Shown here in pieces: positions 26,301 through 39,500 of a stretch of DNA of 64,000 bases; within the stretch, counting starts at the first letter, position 1; each line of letters starts with the position of its first letter. Under the pieces are notes generated by a model, which worked only from the letters and a program-made list of their open reading frames with translations, made no database searches and was not told the origin of the DNA. This DNA is from Eimeria praecox (taxonomy: Eukaryota). The position numbers and the translations under genes are program-made. The stretch lies in contig OY986946.1 of the NCBI GenBank assembly GCA_963920595.1, forward strand, positions 4,898,001-4,962,000, in the 5' to 3' direction.

Positions 26301-29300
26301 ATCCACCTGGCTCTTGACGCCGTTCCTCCCCAATCAGACTCACGCACCACACTCACTCTACCGCCGCCTCTCATACTACTACAATCCACTACACACTACA
26401 ACAATTACATCCAGCATCAGCACATCCTCCACCACGCCACCCCAACTTCCTCACTTCGCCAGTTGCACACCTCAGGTGCACCGCCGTCCAGACATAACCA
26501 CAACGCCCAAGGAAAATCGCGCACGATCACATACCCAACAGCCTGTCACTAAACATGCAATTCCACGGCGTGTGTCCGCCATCCCTATTATCAGTACTCA
26601 ACGCACTTTCTCCTATGCACAACGACCGGCTCAACAACTCTTCCATCGAAGCCAACCGCTCTCCAGTGTAGCCGAGCCTGCCTGCCCCAAATAATCCTGG
26701 GGCATGCTGCTCTAGCTCATTGGCTTAATGCCCAAGATTCAGTGCACGGTCTTCTGGAAGCATCGATCGCACAAACATTTGCGCAAACAAATGCAAAAGG
26801 AGCTTTGCATGAAACCCAATCATGTGTCCCGTCAACGCATGCGCTACAGCACATGTACTACACATCACCATCAACACGACGCAGTCACTACCCAAGGAAG
26901 AAACACTTCCCAACCTAACACGCCATGCTGCCCACCAAAGAAACACAACCTACTCCTTCCACAGCGCTCCCGAAATATTACAAGCTGCACACTGTTCTAA
27001 CGGACTGCCCCATCCACTTCGCTCTTGATGCCGTTCCTCCCCAATCAGACTCACGCACCACACTCACTCTACCGCCGCCTCTCATACTACTACAATCCAC
27101 TACACACTACACCAATTACATCCAGCATCAGCACATCCTCCACCACGCCACCCTAACTTCCTCACTTCGCCAGTTGCACACCTCAGGTGCATCACCGTCC
27201 AGACATAACCACAACGCCCAAGGAAAATCGCGCACGACCACATACCCAACAGCCTACCACTAAACATGCAATTCCACGGCGTGTGTCCGCCAGCCCTATT
27301 ATCAGTACTCAGCGCACTTCCTCCTATACACAACGACCGGCTCAACAACTCCTCCATCAAAGCCAACCGCTCTCCAGTGTAGCCGAGCCTGCCTGCCCCA
27401 AATAATCCTGGGGCATGCTGCTCTAGCTCATTGGCTTAATGCCCAAGATTCAGCGCACGGTCTTCTGGAAGCATCGATCGCACAAACATTTGTGCAAACA
27501 AATGCAAAAGGAGCTTTGCATGAAACCCAATCATGTGTCCCGTCAACGCATGCGCTGCAGCACATGTACTACGCATCACCATCAACGCGACACAGTCACT
27601 ACCCAAGGAAGAAACACTTCCCAACCTAACACGCCATGCTGCCCACCAAAGAAACACAACCTACTCCTTCCACAGCGCTCCCGAAATATTACAAGCTGCA
27701 CACTGTTCTAACGGACTGCCCCATCCACTTCGCTCTTGATGCCGTTCCTCCCCAATCAGACTCACGCACCACACTCACTCTACCGCCGCCTCTCATACTA
27801 CTACAATCCACTACACACTACACCAATTACATCCAGCATCAGCACATCCTCCACCACGCCACCCCAACTTCCTCACTTCGCCAGTTGCACACCTCAGGTG
27901 CACCGCCGTCCAGACATAACCACAACGCCCAAGGAAAATCGCGCACGATCACATACCCAACAGCCTGTCACTAAACATGCAATTCCACGGCGTGTGTCCG
28001 CCACCCCTATTATCAGTACTCAACGCACTTTCTCCTATACACAACGACCGGCTCAACAACTCTTCCATCGAAGCCAACCGCTCTCCAGTGTAGCCGAGCC
28101 TGCCTGCCCCAAATAATCCTGGGGCATGCTGCTCTAGCTCATTGGCTTAATGCCCAAGATTCAGTGCACGGTCTTCTGGAAGCATCGATCGCACAAACAT
28201 TTGCGCAAACAAATGCAAAAGGAGCTTTGCATGAAACCCAATCATGTGTCCCGTCAACGCATGCGCTGCAGCACATGTACTACACATCACCATCAACACG
28301 ACGCAGTCACTACCCAAGGAAGAAACACTTCCCAACCTAACACGCCATGCTGCCCACCAAAGAAACACAACCTACTCCTTCCACAGCGCTCCCGAAATAT
28401 TACAAGCTGCACACTGTTCTAACGGACTGCCCCATCCACTTCGCTCTTGATGCCGTTCCTCCCCAATCAGACTCACGCACCACACTCACTCTACCGCCGC
28501 CTCTCATACTACTACAATCCACTACACACTACACCAATTACATCCAGCATCAGCACATCCTCCACCACGCCACCCTAACTTCCTCACTTCGCCAGTTGCA
28601 CACCTCAGGTGCATCACCGTCCAGACATAACCACAACGCCCAAGGAAAATCGCGCACGACCACATACCCAACAGCCTACCACTAAACATGCAATTCCACG
28701 GCGTGTGTCCGCCAGCCCTATTATCAGTACTCAGCGCACTTCCTCCTATACACAACGACCGGCTCAACAACTCCTCCATCAAAGCCAACCGCTCTCCAGT
28801 GTAGCCGAGCCTGCCTGCCCCAAATAATCCTGGGGCATGCTGCTCTAGCTCATTGGCTTAATGCCCAACATTCAGCGCACGGTCTTCTGGAAGCATCGAT
28901 CGCACAAACATTTGTGCAAACAAATGCAAAAGGAGCTTTGCATGAAACCCAATCATGTGTCCCGTCAACGCATGCGCTGCAGCACATGTACTACGCATCA
29001 CCATCAACGCGACACAGTCACTACCCAAGGAAGAAACACTTCCCAACCTAACACGCCATGCTGCCCACCAAAGAAACACAACCTACTCCTTCCACAGCGC
29101 TTCCGAAATATTACAAGCTGCACACTGTTCTAACAGACTGCCCCATCCACCTGGCTCTTGACGCCGTTCCTCCCCAATCAGACTCACGCACCACACTCAC
29201 TCTACCGCCGCCTCTCATACTACTACAATCCACTACACACTACAACAATTACATCCAGCATCAGCACATCCTCCACCACGCCACCCCAACTTCCTCACTT

Positions 29301-30280
29301 CGCCAGTTGCACACCTCAGGTGCACCGCCGTCCAGACATAACCACAACGCTCAAGGAAAATCGCGCACGACCACATACCCAACAGCCTGCCACTAAGCAT
29401 GCAATTCCACGGCGTGTGTCCGCCATCCCTATTATCAGTACTCAACGCACTTTCTCCTATGCACAACGACCGGCTCAACAACTCCTCCATCAAAGCCAAC
29501 CGCTCTCCAGTGTAGCCGAGCCTGCCTGCCCCAAATAATCCTGGGGCATGCTGCTCTAGCTCATTGGCTTAATGCCCAAGATTCAGCGCACGGTCTTCTG
29601 GAAGCATCGATCGCACAAACATTTGCGCAAACAAATGCAAAGGAGCTTTTCATGAAACCCAATCATGTGTCCCGTCAACGCATGCGCTGCAGCACATGTA
29701 CTACACATCACCATTAACGCGACACAGTCACTACCCAAGGAAGAAACACTTCCCAACCTAACACGCCATCCTGCCCACCAAAGAAACACAACCTACTCCT
29801 TCCACAGCGCTTCCGAAATATTACAAGCTGCACACTGTTCTAACAGACTGCCCCATCCACTTGGCTCTTGACGCCGTTCCTCCCCAATCAGACTCACGCA
29901 CCACACTCACTCTACCGCCGCCTCTCATACTACTACAATCCACTACACACTACAACAATTACATCCAGCATCAGCACATCCTCCACCACGCCACCCCAAC
30001 TTCCTCACTTCGCCAGTTGCACACCTCAGGTGCACCGCCGTCCAGACATAACCACAACGCCCAAGGAAAATCGCGCACGACCACATACCCAACAGCCTAC
30101 CACTAAACATGCAATTCCACGGCGTGCGTCCGCCAGCCCTATTATCAGTTCTCGGCGCACTTCCTCCTATACACAACGACCAGCTCAACAACTCCTCCGT
30201 CAAAGCCAACCGCTCTCCAGTGTAGCCGAGCCTGCCTGCCCCAAATAATCCTGGGGCATGCTGCTCTAGCTCATTGGCTT
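20330..30280. repeat. 7-monomer higher-order repeat (4,976 bp), two copies
   Basis: The variant order of monomers at 20,424-24,689 is repeated at 25,400-29,665. A diagnostic 710-bp monomer (GCAAAGGAGCTTTTCATG, CATCCTGCCC) lies at ~24,660 and ~29,637. Confidence 0.88.
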
Positions 30281-33200
30281 AATGCCCAAGATTCAGCGCA
30301 CGGTCTTCTGGAAGCATCGATCGCACAAACATTTGCGCAAACAAATGCAAAAGGAGCTTTGCATGAAACCCAATCATGTGTCCCGTCAACGCATGCGCTG
30401 CAGCACATGTACTACACATCACCATTAACGCGACACAGTCACTACCCAAGGAAGAAACACTTCCCAACCTAACACGCCATCCTGCCCACCAAAGAAACAC
30501 AACCTACTCCTTCCACAGCGCTTCCGAAATATTACAAGCTGCACACTGTTCTAACAGACTGCCCCATCCACTTGGCTCTTGACGCCGTTCCTCCCCAATC
30601 AGACTCACGCACCACACTCACTCTACCGCCGCCTCTCATACTACTACAATCCACTACACACTACAACAATTACATCCAGCATCAGCACATCCTCCACCAC
30701 GCCACCCCAACTTCCTCACTTCGCCAGTTGCACACCTCAGGTGCACCGCCGTCCAGACATAACCACAACGCCCAAGGAAAATCGCGCACGACCACATACC
30801 CAACAGCCTACCACTAAACATGCAATTCCACGGCGTGCGTCCGCCAGCCCTATTATCAGTTCTCGGCGCACTTCCTCCTATACACAACGACCAGCTCAAC
30901 AACTCCTCCGTCAAAGCCAACCGCTCTCCAGTGTAGCCGAGCCTGCCTGCCCCAAATAATCCTGGGGCATGCTGCTCTAGCTCATTGGCTTAATGCCCAA
31001 GATTCAGCGCACGGTCTTCTGGAAGCATCGATCGCACAAACATTTGCGCAAACAAATGCAAAAGGAGCTTTGCATGAAACCCAATCATGTGTCCCGTCAA
31101 CGCATGCGCTGCAGCACATGTACTACACATCACCATTAACGCGACACAGTCACTACCCAAGGAAGAAACACTTCCCAACCTAACACGCCATGCTGCCCAC
31201 CAAAGAAACACAACCTACTCCTTCCACAGCGCTTCCGGAATATTACAAGCTGCACACTGTTCTAACAGGCTGCCCCATCCACTTGGCTCTTGACGCCGTT
31301 CCTCCCCAATCAGACTCACGCACCACACTCACTCTACCGCCGCCTCTCATACTACTACAATCCACTACACACTACAACAATTACATCCAGCATCAGCACA
31401 TCCTCCACCACGCCACCCTAAATTCCTCACTTCGCCAGTTGCACACCTCAGGTGCATCACCGTCCAGACATAACCACAACGCCCAAGGAAAATCGCGCAC
31501 GACCACATACCCAACAGCCTACCACTAAACATGCAATTCCACGGCGTGTGTCCGCCAGCCCTATTATCAGTACTCAACGCACTTTCTCCTATACACAACG
31601 ACCGGCTCAACAACTCTTCCATCGAAGCCAACCGCTCTCCAGTGTAGCCGAGCCTGCCTGCCCCAAATAATCCTGGGGCATGCTGCTCTAGCTCATTGGC
31701 TTAATGCCCAAGATTCAGTGCACGGTCTTCTGGAAGCATCGATCGCACAAACATTTGCGCAAACAAATGCAAAAGGAGCTTTGCATGAAACCCAATCATG
31801 TGTCCCGTCAACGCATGCGCTGCAGCACATGTACTACACATCACCATCAACACGACGCAGTCACTACCCAAGGAAGAAACACTTCCCAACCTAACACGCC
31901 ATGCTGCCCACCAAAGAAACACAACCTACTCCTTCCACAGCGCTCCCGAAATATTACAAGCTGCACACTGTTCTAACGGACTGCCCCATCCACTTCGCTC
32001 TTGATGCCGTTCCTCCCCAATCAGACTCACGCACCACACTCACTCTACCGCCGCCTCTCATACTACTACAATCCACTACACACTACACCAATTACATCCA
32101 GCATCAGCACATCCTCCACCACGCCACCCTAACTTCCTCACTTCGCCAGTTGCACACCTCAGGTGCATCACCGTCCAGACATAACCACAACGCCCAAGGA
32201 AAATCGCGCACGACCACATACCCAACAGCCTACCACTAAACATGCAATTCCACGGCGTGTGTCCGCCAGCCCTATTATCAGTACTCAGCGCACTTCCTCC
32301 TATACACAACGACCGGCTCAACAACTCCTCCATCAAAGCCAACCGCTCTCCAGTGTAGCCGAGCCTGCCTGCCCCAAATAATCCTGGGGCATGCTGCTCT
32401 AGCTCATTGGCTTAATGCCCAACATTCAGCGCACGGTCTTCTGGAAGCATCGATCGCACAAACATTTGTGCAAACAAATGCAAAAGGAGCTTTGCATGAA
32501 ACCCAATCATGTGTCCCGTCAACGCATGCGCTGCAGCACATGTACTACGCATCACCATCAACGCGACACAGTCACTACCCAAGGAAGAAACACTTCCCAA
32601 CCTAACACGCCATGCTGCCCACCAAAGAAACACAACCTACTCCTTCCACAGCGCTTCCGAAATATTACAAGCTGCACACTGTTCTAACAGACTGCCCCAT
32701 CCACCTGGCTCTTGACGCCGTTCCTCCCCAATCAGACTCACGCACCACACTCACTCTACCGCCGCCTCTCATACTACTACAATCCACTACACACTACAAC
32801 AATTACATCCAGCATCAGCACATCCTCCACCACGCCACCCCAACTTCCTCACTTCGCCAGTTGCACACCTCAGGTGCACCGCCGTCCAGACATAACCACA
32901 ACGCTCAAGGAAAATCGCGCACGACCACATACCCAACAGCCTGCCACTAAGCATGCAATTCCACGGCGTGTGTCCGCCATCCCTATTATCAGTACTCAAC
33001 GCACTTTCTCCTATGCACAACGACCGGCTCAACAACTCCTCCATCAAAGCCAACCGCTCTCCAGTGTAGCCGAGCCTGCCTGCCCCAAATAATCCTGGGG
33101 CATGCTGCTCTAGCTCATTGGCTTAATGCCCAAGATTCAGCGCACGGTCTTCTGGAAGCATCGATCGCACAAACATTTGCGCAAACAAATGCAAAGGAGC

Positions 33201-33839
33201 TTTTCATGAAACCCAATCATGTGTCCCGTCAACGCATGCGCTGCAGCACATGTACTACACATCACCATTAACGCGACACAGTCACTACCCAAGGAAGAAA
33301 CACTTCCCAACCTAACACGCCATCCTGCCCACCAAAGAAACACAACCTACTCCTTCCACAGCGCTTCCGAAATATTACAAGCTGCACACTGTTCTAACAG
33401 ACTGCCCCATCCACTTGGCTCTTGACGCCGTTCCTCCCCAATCAGACTCACGCACCACACTCACTCTACCGCCGCCTCTCATACTACTACAATCCACTAC
33501 ACACTACAACAATTACATCCAGCATCAGCACATCCTCCACCACGCCACCCCAACTTCCTCACTTCGCCAGTTGCACACCTCAGGTGCACCGCCGTCCAGA
33601 CATAACCACAACGCCCAAGGAAAATCGCGCACGACCACATACCCAACAGCCTACCACTAAACATGCAATTCCACGGCGTGCGTCCGCCAGCCCTATTATC
33701 AGTTCTCGGCGCACTTCCTCCTATACACAACGACCAGCTCAACAACTCTTCCATCAAAGCCAACCGCTCTCCAGTGTAGCCGAGCCTGCCTGCCCGAAAT
33801 AATCCTGGGGCATGCTGCTCTAGCTCATTGGCTTAATGC

Positions 33840-36800
33840 CCAAGATTCAGCGCACGGTCTTCTGGAAGCATCGATCGCACAAACATTTGCGCAAACAAAT
33901 GCAAAAGGAGCTTTGCATGAAACCCAATCATGTGTCCCGTCAACGCATGCGCTGCAGCACATGTACTACACATCACCATTAACGCGACACAGTCACTACC
34001 CAAGGAAGAAACACTTCCCAACCTAACACGCCATGCTGCCCACCAAAGAAACACAACTTACTCCTTTCACAGTGCTTTCGAAATATTACAAGCTGCACAC
34101 TGTTCTAACAGACTGCCCCATCCACCTGGCTCTTGACGCCGTTCCTCCCCAATCAGACTCACGCACCACACTCACTCTACCGCCGCCTCTCATACTACTA
34201 CAATCCACTACACACTACAACAATTACATCCAGCATCAGCACATCCTCCACCACGCCACCCCAACTTCCTCAATTCGCCAGTTGCACACCTCAGGTGCAC
34301 CGCCGTCCAGACATAACCACAACGCCCAAGGAAAATCGCGCACGACCACATACCCAACAGCCTACCACTAAACATGCAATTCCACGGCGTGCGTCCGCCA
34401 GCCCTATTATCAGTTCTCGGCGCACTTCCTCCTATACACAACGACCGGCTCAACAACTCCTCCATCAAAGCCAACCGCTCTCCAGTGTAGCCGAGCCTGC
34501 CTGCCCCAAATAATCCTGGGGCATGCTGCTCTAGCTCATTGGCTTAATGCCCAAGATTCAGCGCACGGTCTTCTGGAAGCATCGATCGCACAAACATTTG
34601 CGCAAACAAATGCAAAAGGAGCTTTGCATGAAACTCATGTGTCCCGTCAACGCATGCGCTGCAGCACATGTACTACACATCACCATTAACGCGACACAGT
34701 CACTACCCAAGGAAGAAACACTTCCCAACCTAACACGCCATGCTGCCCACCAAAGAAACACAACCTACTCCTTCCACAGCGCTTCCGGAATATTACAAGC
34801 TGCACACTGTTCTAACAGGCTGCCCCATCCACTTGGCTCTTGACGCCGTTCCTCCCCAATCAGACTCACGCACCACACTCACTCTACCGCCGCCTCTCAT
34901 ACTACTACAATCCACTACACACTACAACAATTACATCCAGCATCAGCACATCCTCCACCACGCCACCCTAAATTCCTCACTTCGCCAGTTGCACACCTCA
35001 GGTGCATCACCGTCCAGACATAACCACAACGCCCAAGGAAAATCGCGCACGACCACATACCCAACAGCCTACCACTAAACATGCAATTCCACGGCGTGCG
35101 TCCGCCACCCCTATTATCACTTCTCGGCGCACTTCCTCCTATACACAACGACCAGCTCAACAACTCTTCCATCAAAGCCAACCGCTCTCCAGTGTAGCCG
35201 AGCCTGCCTGCCCCAAATAATCCTGGGGCATGCTGCTCTAGCTCATTGGCTTAATGCCCAAGATTCAGCGCACGGTCTTCTGGAAGCATCGATCGCACAA
35301 ACATTTGCGCAAACAAATGCAAAAGGAGCTTTGCATGAAACCCAATCATGTGTCCCGTCAACGCATGCGCTGCAGCACATGTACTACACATCACCATTAA
35401 CGCGACACAGTCACTACCCAAGGAAGAAACACTTCCCAACCTAACACGCCATGCTGCCCACCAAAGAAACACAACTTACTCCTTTCACAGTGCTTTCGAA
35501 ATATTACAAGCTGCACACTGTTCTAACAGACTGCCCCATCCACCTGGCTCTTGACGCCGTTCCTCCCCAATCAGACTCACGCACCACACTCACTCTACCG
35601 CCGCCTCTCATACTACTACAATCCACTACACACTACAACAATTACATCCAGCATCAGCACATCCTCCACCACGCCACCCCAACTTCCTCAATTCGCCAGT
35701 TGCACACCTCAGGTGCACCGCCGTCCAGACATAACCACAACGCCCAAGGAAAATCGCGCACGACCACATACCCAACAGCCTACCACTAAACATGCAATTC
35801 CACGGCGTGCGTCCGCCAGCCCTATTATCAGTTCTCGGCGCACTTCCTCCTATACACAACGACCAGCTCAACAACTCCTCCGTCAAAGCCAACCGCTCTC
35901 CAGTGTAGCCGAGCCTGCCTGCCCGAAATAATCCTGGGGCATGCTGCTCTAGCTCATTGGCTTAATGCCCAAGATTCAGCGCACGGTCTTCTGGAAGCAT
36001 CGATCGCACAAACATTTGCGCAAACAAATGCAAAAGGAGCTTTGCATGAAACCCAATCATGTGTCCCGTCAACGCATGCGCTGCAGCACATGTACTACAC
36101 ATCACCATTAACGCGACACAGTCACTACCCAAGGAAGAAACACTTCCCAACCTAACACGCCATGCTGCCCACCAAAGAAACACAACCTACTCCTTCCACA
36201 GCGCTTCCGGAATATTACAAGCTGCACACTGTTCTAACAGGCTGCCCCATCCACTTGGCTCTTGACGCCGTTCCTCCCCAATCAGACTCACGCACCACAC
36301 TCACTCTACCGCCGCCTCTCATACTACTACAATCCACTACACACTACAACAATTACATCCAGCATCAGCACATCCTCCACCACGCCACCCTAAATTCCTC
36401 ACTTCGCCAGTTGCACACCTCAGGTGCATCACCGTCCAGACATAACCACAACGCCCAAGGAAAATCGCGCACGACCACATACCCAACAGCCTACCACTAA
36501 ACATGCAATTCCACGGCGTGCGTCCGCCAGCCCTATTATCAGTTCTCGGCGCACTTCCTCCTATACACAACGACCAGCTCAACAACTCTTCCATCAAAGC
36601 CAACCGCTCTCCAGTGTAGCCGAGCCTGCCTGCCCGAAATAATCCTGGGGCATGCTGCTCTAGCTCATTGGCTTAATGCCCAAGATTCAGCGCACGGTCT
36701 TCTGGAAGCATCGATCGCACAAACATTTGCGCAAACAAATGCAAAAGGAGCTTTGCATGAAACCCAATCATGTGTCCCGTCAACGCATGCGCTGCAGCAC

Positions 36801-39500
36801 ATGTACTACACATCACCATTAACGCGACACAGTCACTACCCAAGGAAGAAACACTTCCCAACCTAACACGCCATGCTGCCCACCAAAGAAACACAACTTA
36901 CTCCTTTCACAGTGCTTTCGAAATATTACAAGCTGCACACTGTTCTAACAGACTGCCCCATCCACCTGGCTCTTGACGCCGTTCCTCCCCAATCAGACTC
37001 ACGCACCACACTCACTCTACCGCCGCCTCTCATACTACTACAATCCACTACACACTACAACAATTACATCCAGCATCAGCACATCCTCCACCACGCCACC
37101 CCAACTTCCTCAATTCGCCAGTTGCACACCTCAGGTGCACCGCCGTCCAGACATAACCACAACGCCCAAGGAAAATCGCGCATGACCACATACCCAACAG
37201 CCTACCACTAAACATGCAATTCCACGGCGTGCGTCCGCCAGCCCTATTATCAGTTCTCGGCGCACTTCCTCCTATACACAACGACCAGCTCAACAACTCC
37301 TCCGTCAAAGCCAACCGCTCTCCAGTGTAGCCGAGCCTGCCTGCCCCAAATAATCCTGGGGCATGCTGCTCTAGCTCATTGGCTTAATGCCCAAGATTCA
37401 GCGCACGGTCTTCTGGAAGCATCGATCGCACAAACATTTGCGCAAACAAATGCAAAAGGAGCTTTGCATGAAACCCAATCATGTGTCCCGTCAACGCATG
37501 CGCTGCAGCACATGTACTACACATCACCATTAACGCGACACAGTCACTACCCAAGGAAGAAACACTTCCCAACCTAACACGCCATGCTGCCCACCAAAGA
37601 AACACAACCTACTCCTTCCACAGCGCTTCCGGAATATTACAAGCTGCACACTGTTCTAACAGGCTGCCCCATCCACTTGGCTCTTGACGCCGTTCCTCCC
37701 CAATCAGACTCACGCACCACACTCACTCTACCGCCGCCTCTCATACTACTACAATCCACTACACACTACAACAATTACATCCAGCATCAGCACATCCTCC
37801 ACCACGCCACCCTAAATTCCTCACTTCGCCAGTTGCACACCTCAGGTGCATCACCGTCCAGACATAACCACAACGCCCAAGGAAAATCGCGCACGACCAC
37901 ATACCCAACAGCCTACCACTAAACATGCAATTCCACGGCGTGCGTCCGCCAGCCCTATTATCAGTTCTCGGCGCACTTCCTCCTATACACAACGACCAGC
38001 TCAACAACTCTTCCATCAAAGCCAACCGCTCTCCAGTGTAGCCGAGCCTGCCTGCCCGAAATAATCCTGGGGCATGCTGCTCTAGCTCATTGGCTTAATG
38101 CCCAAGATTCAGCGCACGGTCTTCTGGAAGCATCGATCGCACAAACATTTGCGCAAACAAATGCAAAAGGAGCTTTGCATGAAACCCAATCATGTGTCCC
38201 GTCAACGCATGCGCTGCAGCACATGTACTACACATCACCATTAACGCGACACAGTCACTACCCAAGGAAGAAACACTTCCCAACCTAACACGCCATGCTG
38301 CCCACCAAAGAAACACAACTTACTCCTTTCACAGTGCTTTCGAAATATTACAAGCTGCACACTGTTCTAACAGACTGCCCCATCCACCTGGCTCTTGACG
38401 CCGTTCCTCCCCAATCAGACTCACGCACCACACTCACTCTACCGCCGCCTCTCATACTACTACAATCCACTACACACTACAACAATTACATCCAGCATCA
38501 GCACATCCTCCACCACGCCACCCCAACTTCCTCAATTCGCCAGTTGCACACCTCAGGTGCACCGCCGTCCAGACATAACCACAACGCCCAAGGAAAATCG
38601 CGCACGACCACATACCCAACAGCCTACCACTAAACATGCAATTCCACGGCGTGCGTCCGCCAGCCCTATTATCAGTTCTCGGCGCACTTCCTCCTATACA
38701 CAACGACCAGCTCAACAACTCCTCCGTCAAAGCCAACCGCTCTCCAGTGTAGCCGAGCCTGCCTGCCCCAAATAATCCTGGGGCATGCTGCTCTAGCTCA
38801 TTGGCTTAATGCCCAAGATTCAGCGCACGGTCTTCTGGAAGCATCGATCGCACAAACATTTGCGCAAACAAATGCAAAAGGAGCTTTGCATGAAACCCAA
38901 TCATGTGTCCCGTCAACGCATGCGCTGCAGCACATGTACTACACATCACCATTAACGCGACACAGTCACTAGCCAAGGAAGAAACACTTCCCAACCTAAC
39001 ACGCCATGCTGCCCACCAAAGAAACACAACCTACTCCTTCCACAGCGCTTCCGGAATATTACAAGCTGCACACTGTTCTAACAGGCTGCCCCATCCACTT
39101 GGCTCTTGACGCCGTTCCTCCCCAATCAGACTCACGCACCACACTCACTCTACCGCCGCCTCTCATACTACTACAATCCACTACACACTACAACAATTAC
39201 ATCCAGCATCAGCACATCCTCCACCACGCCACCCTAAATTCCTCACTTCGCCAGTTGCACACCTCAGGTGCATCACCGTCCAGACATAACCACAACGCCC
39301 AAGGAAAATCGCGCACGACCACATACCCAACAGCCTACCACTAAACATGCAATTCCACGGCGTGCGTCCGCCAGCCCTATTATCAGTTCTCGGCGCACTT
39401 CCTCCTATACACAACGACCAGCTCAACAACTCCTCCATCAAAGCCAACCGCTCTCCAGTGTAGCCGAGCCTGCCTGCCCCAAATAATCCTGGGGCATGCT
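33840..39500. repeat. Dimeric higher-order repeat (~1,422 bp), about four copies
   Basis: Monomers with CTTACTCCTTTCACAGTGCTTTCG (33,930, 35,348, 36,770, 38,192) alternate strictly with monomers carrying GCTTCCGGAAT and CCCTAAATT (34,637, 36,059, 37,481, 38,903). Confidence 0.88.

Noticed and set aside
31414..31424. Telomere-like CCCTAAA / CCCTAA in some monomers
   Set aside because: It is a single unit produced by point variants of CCCCAAC and never occurs in tandem.
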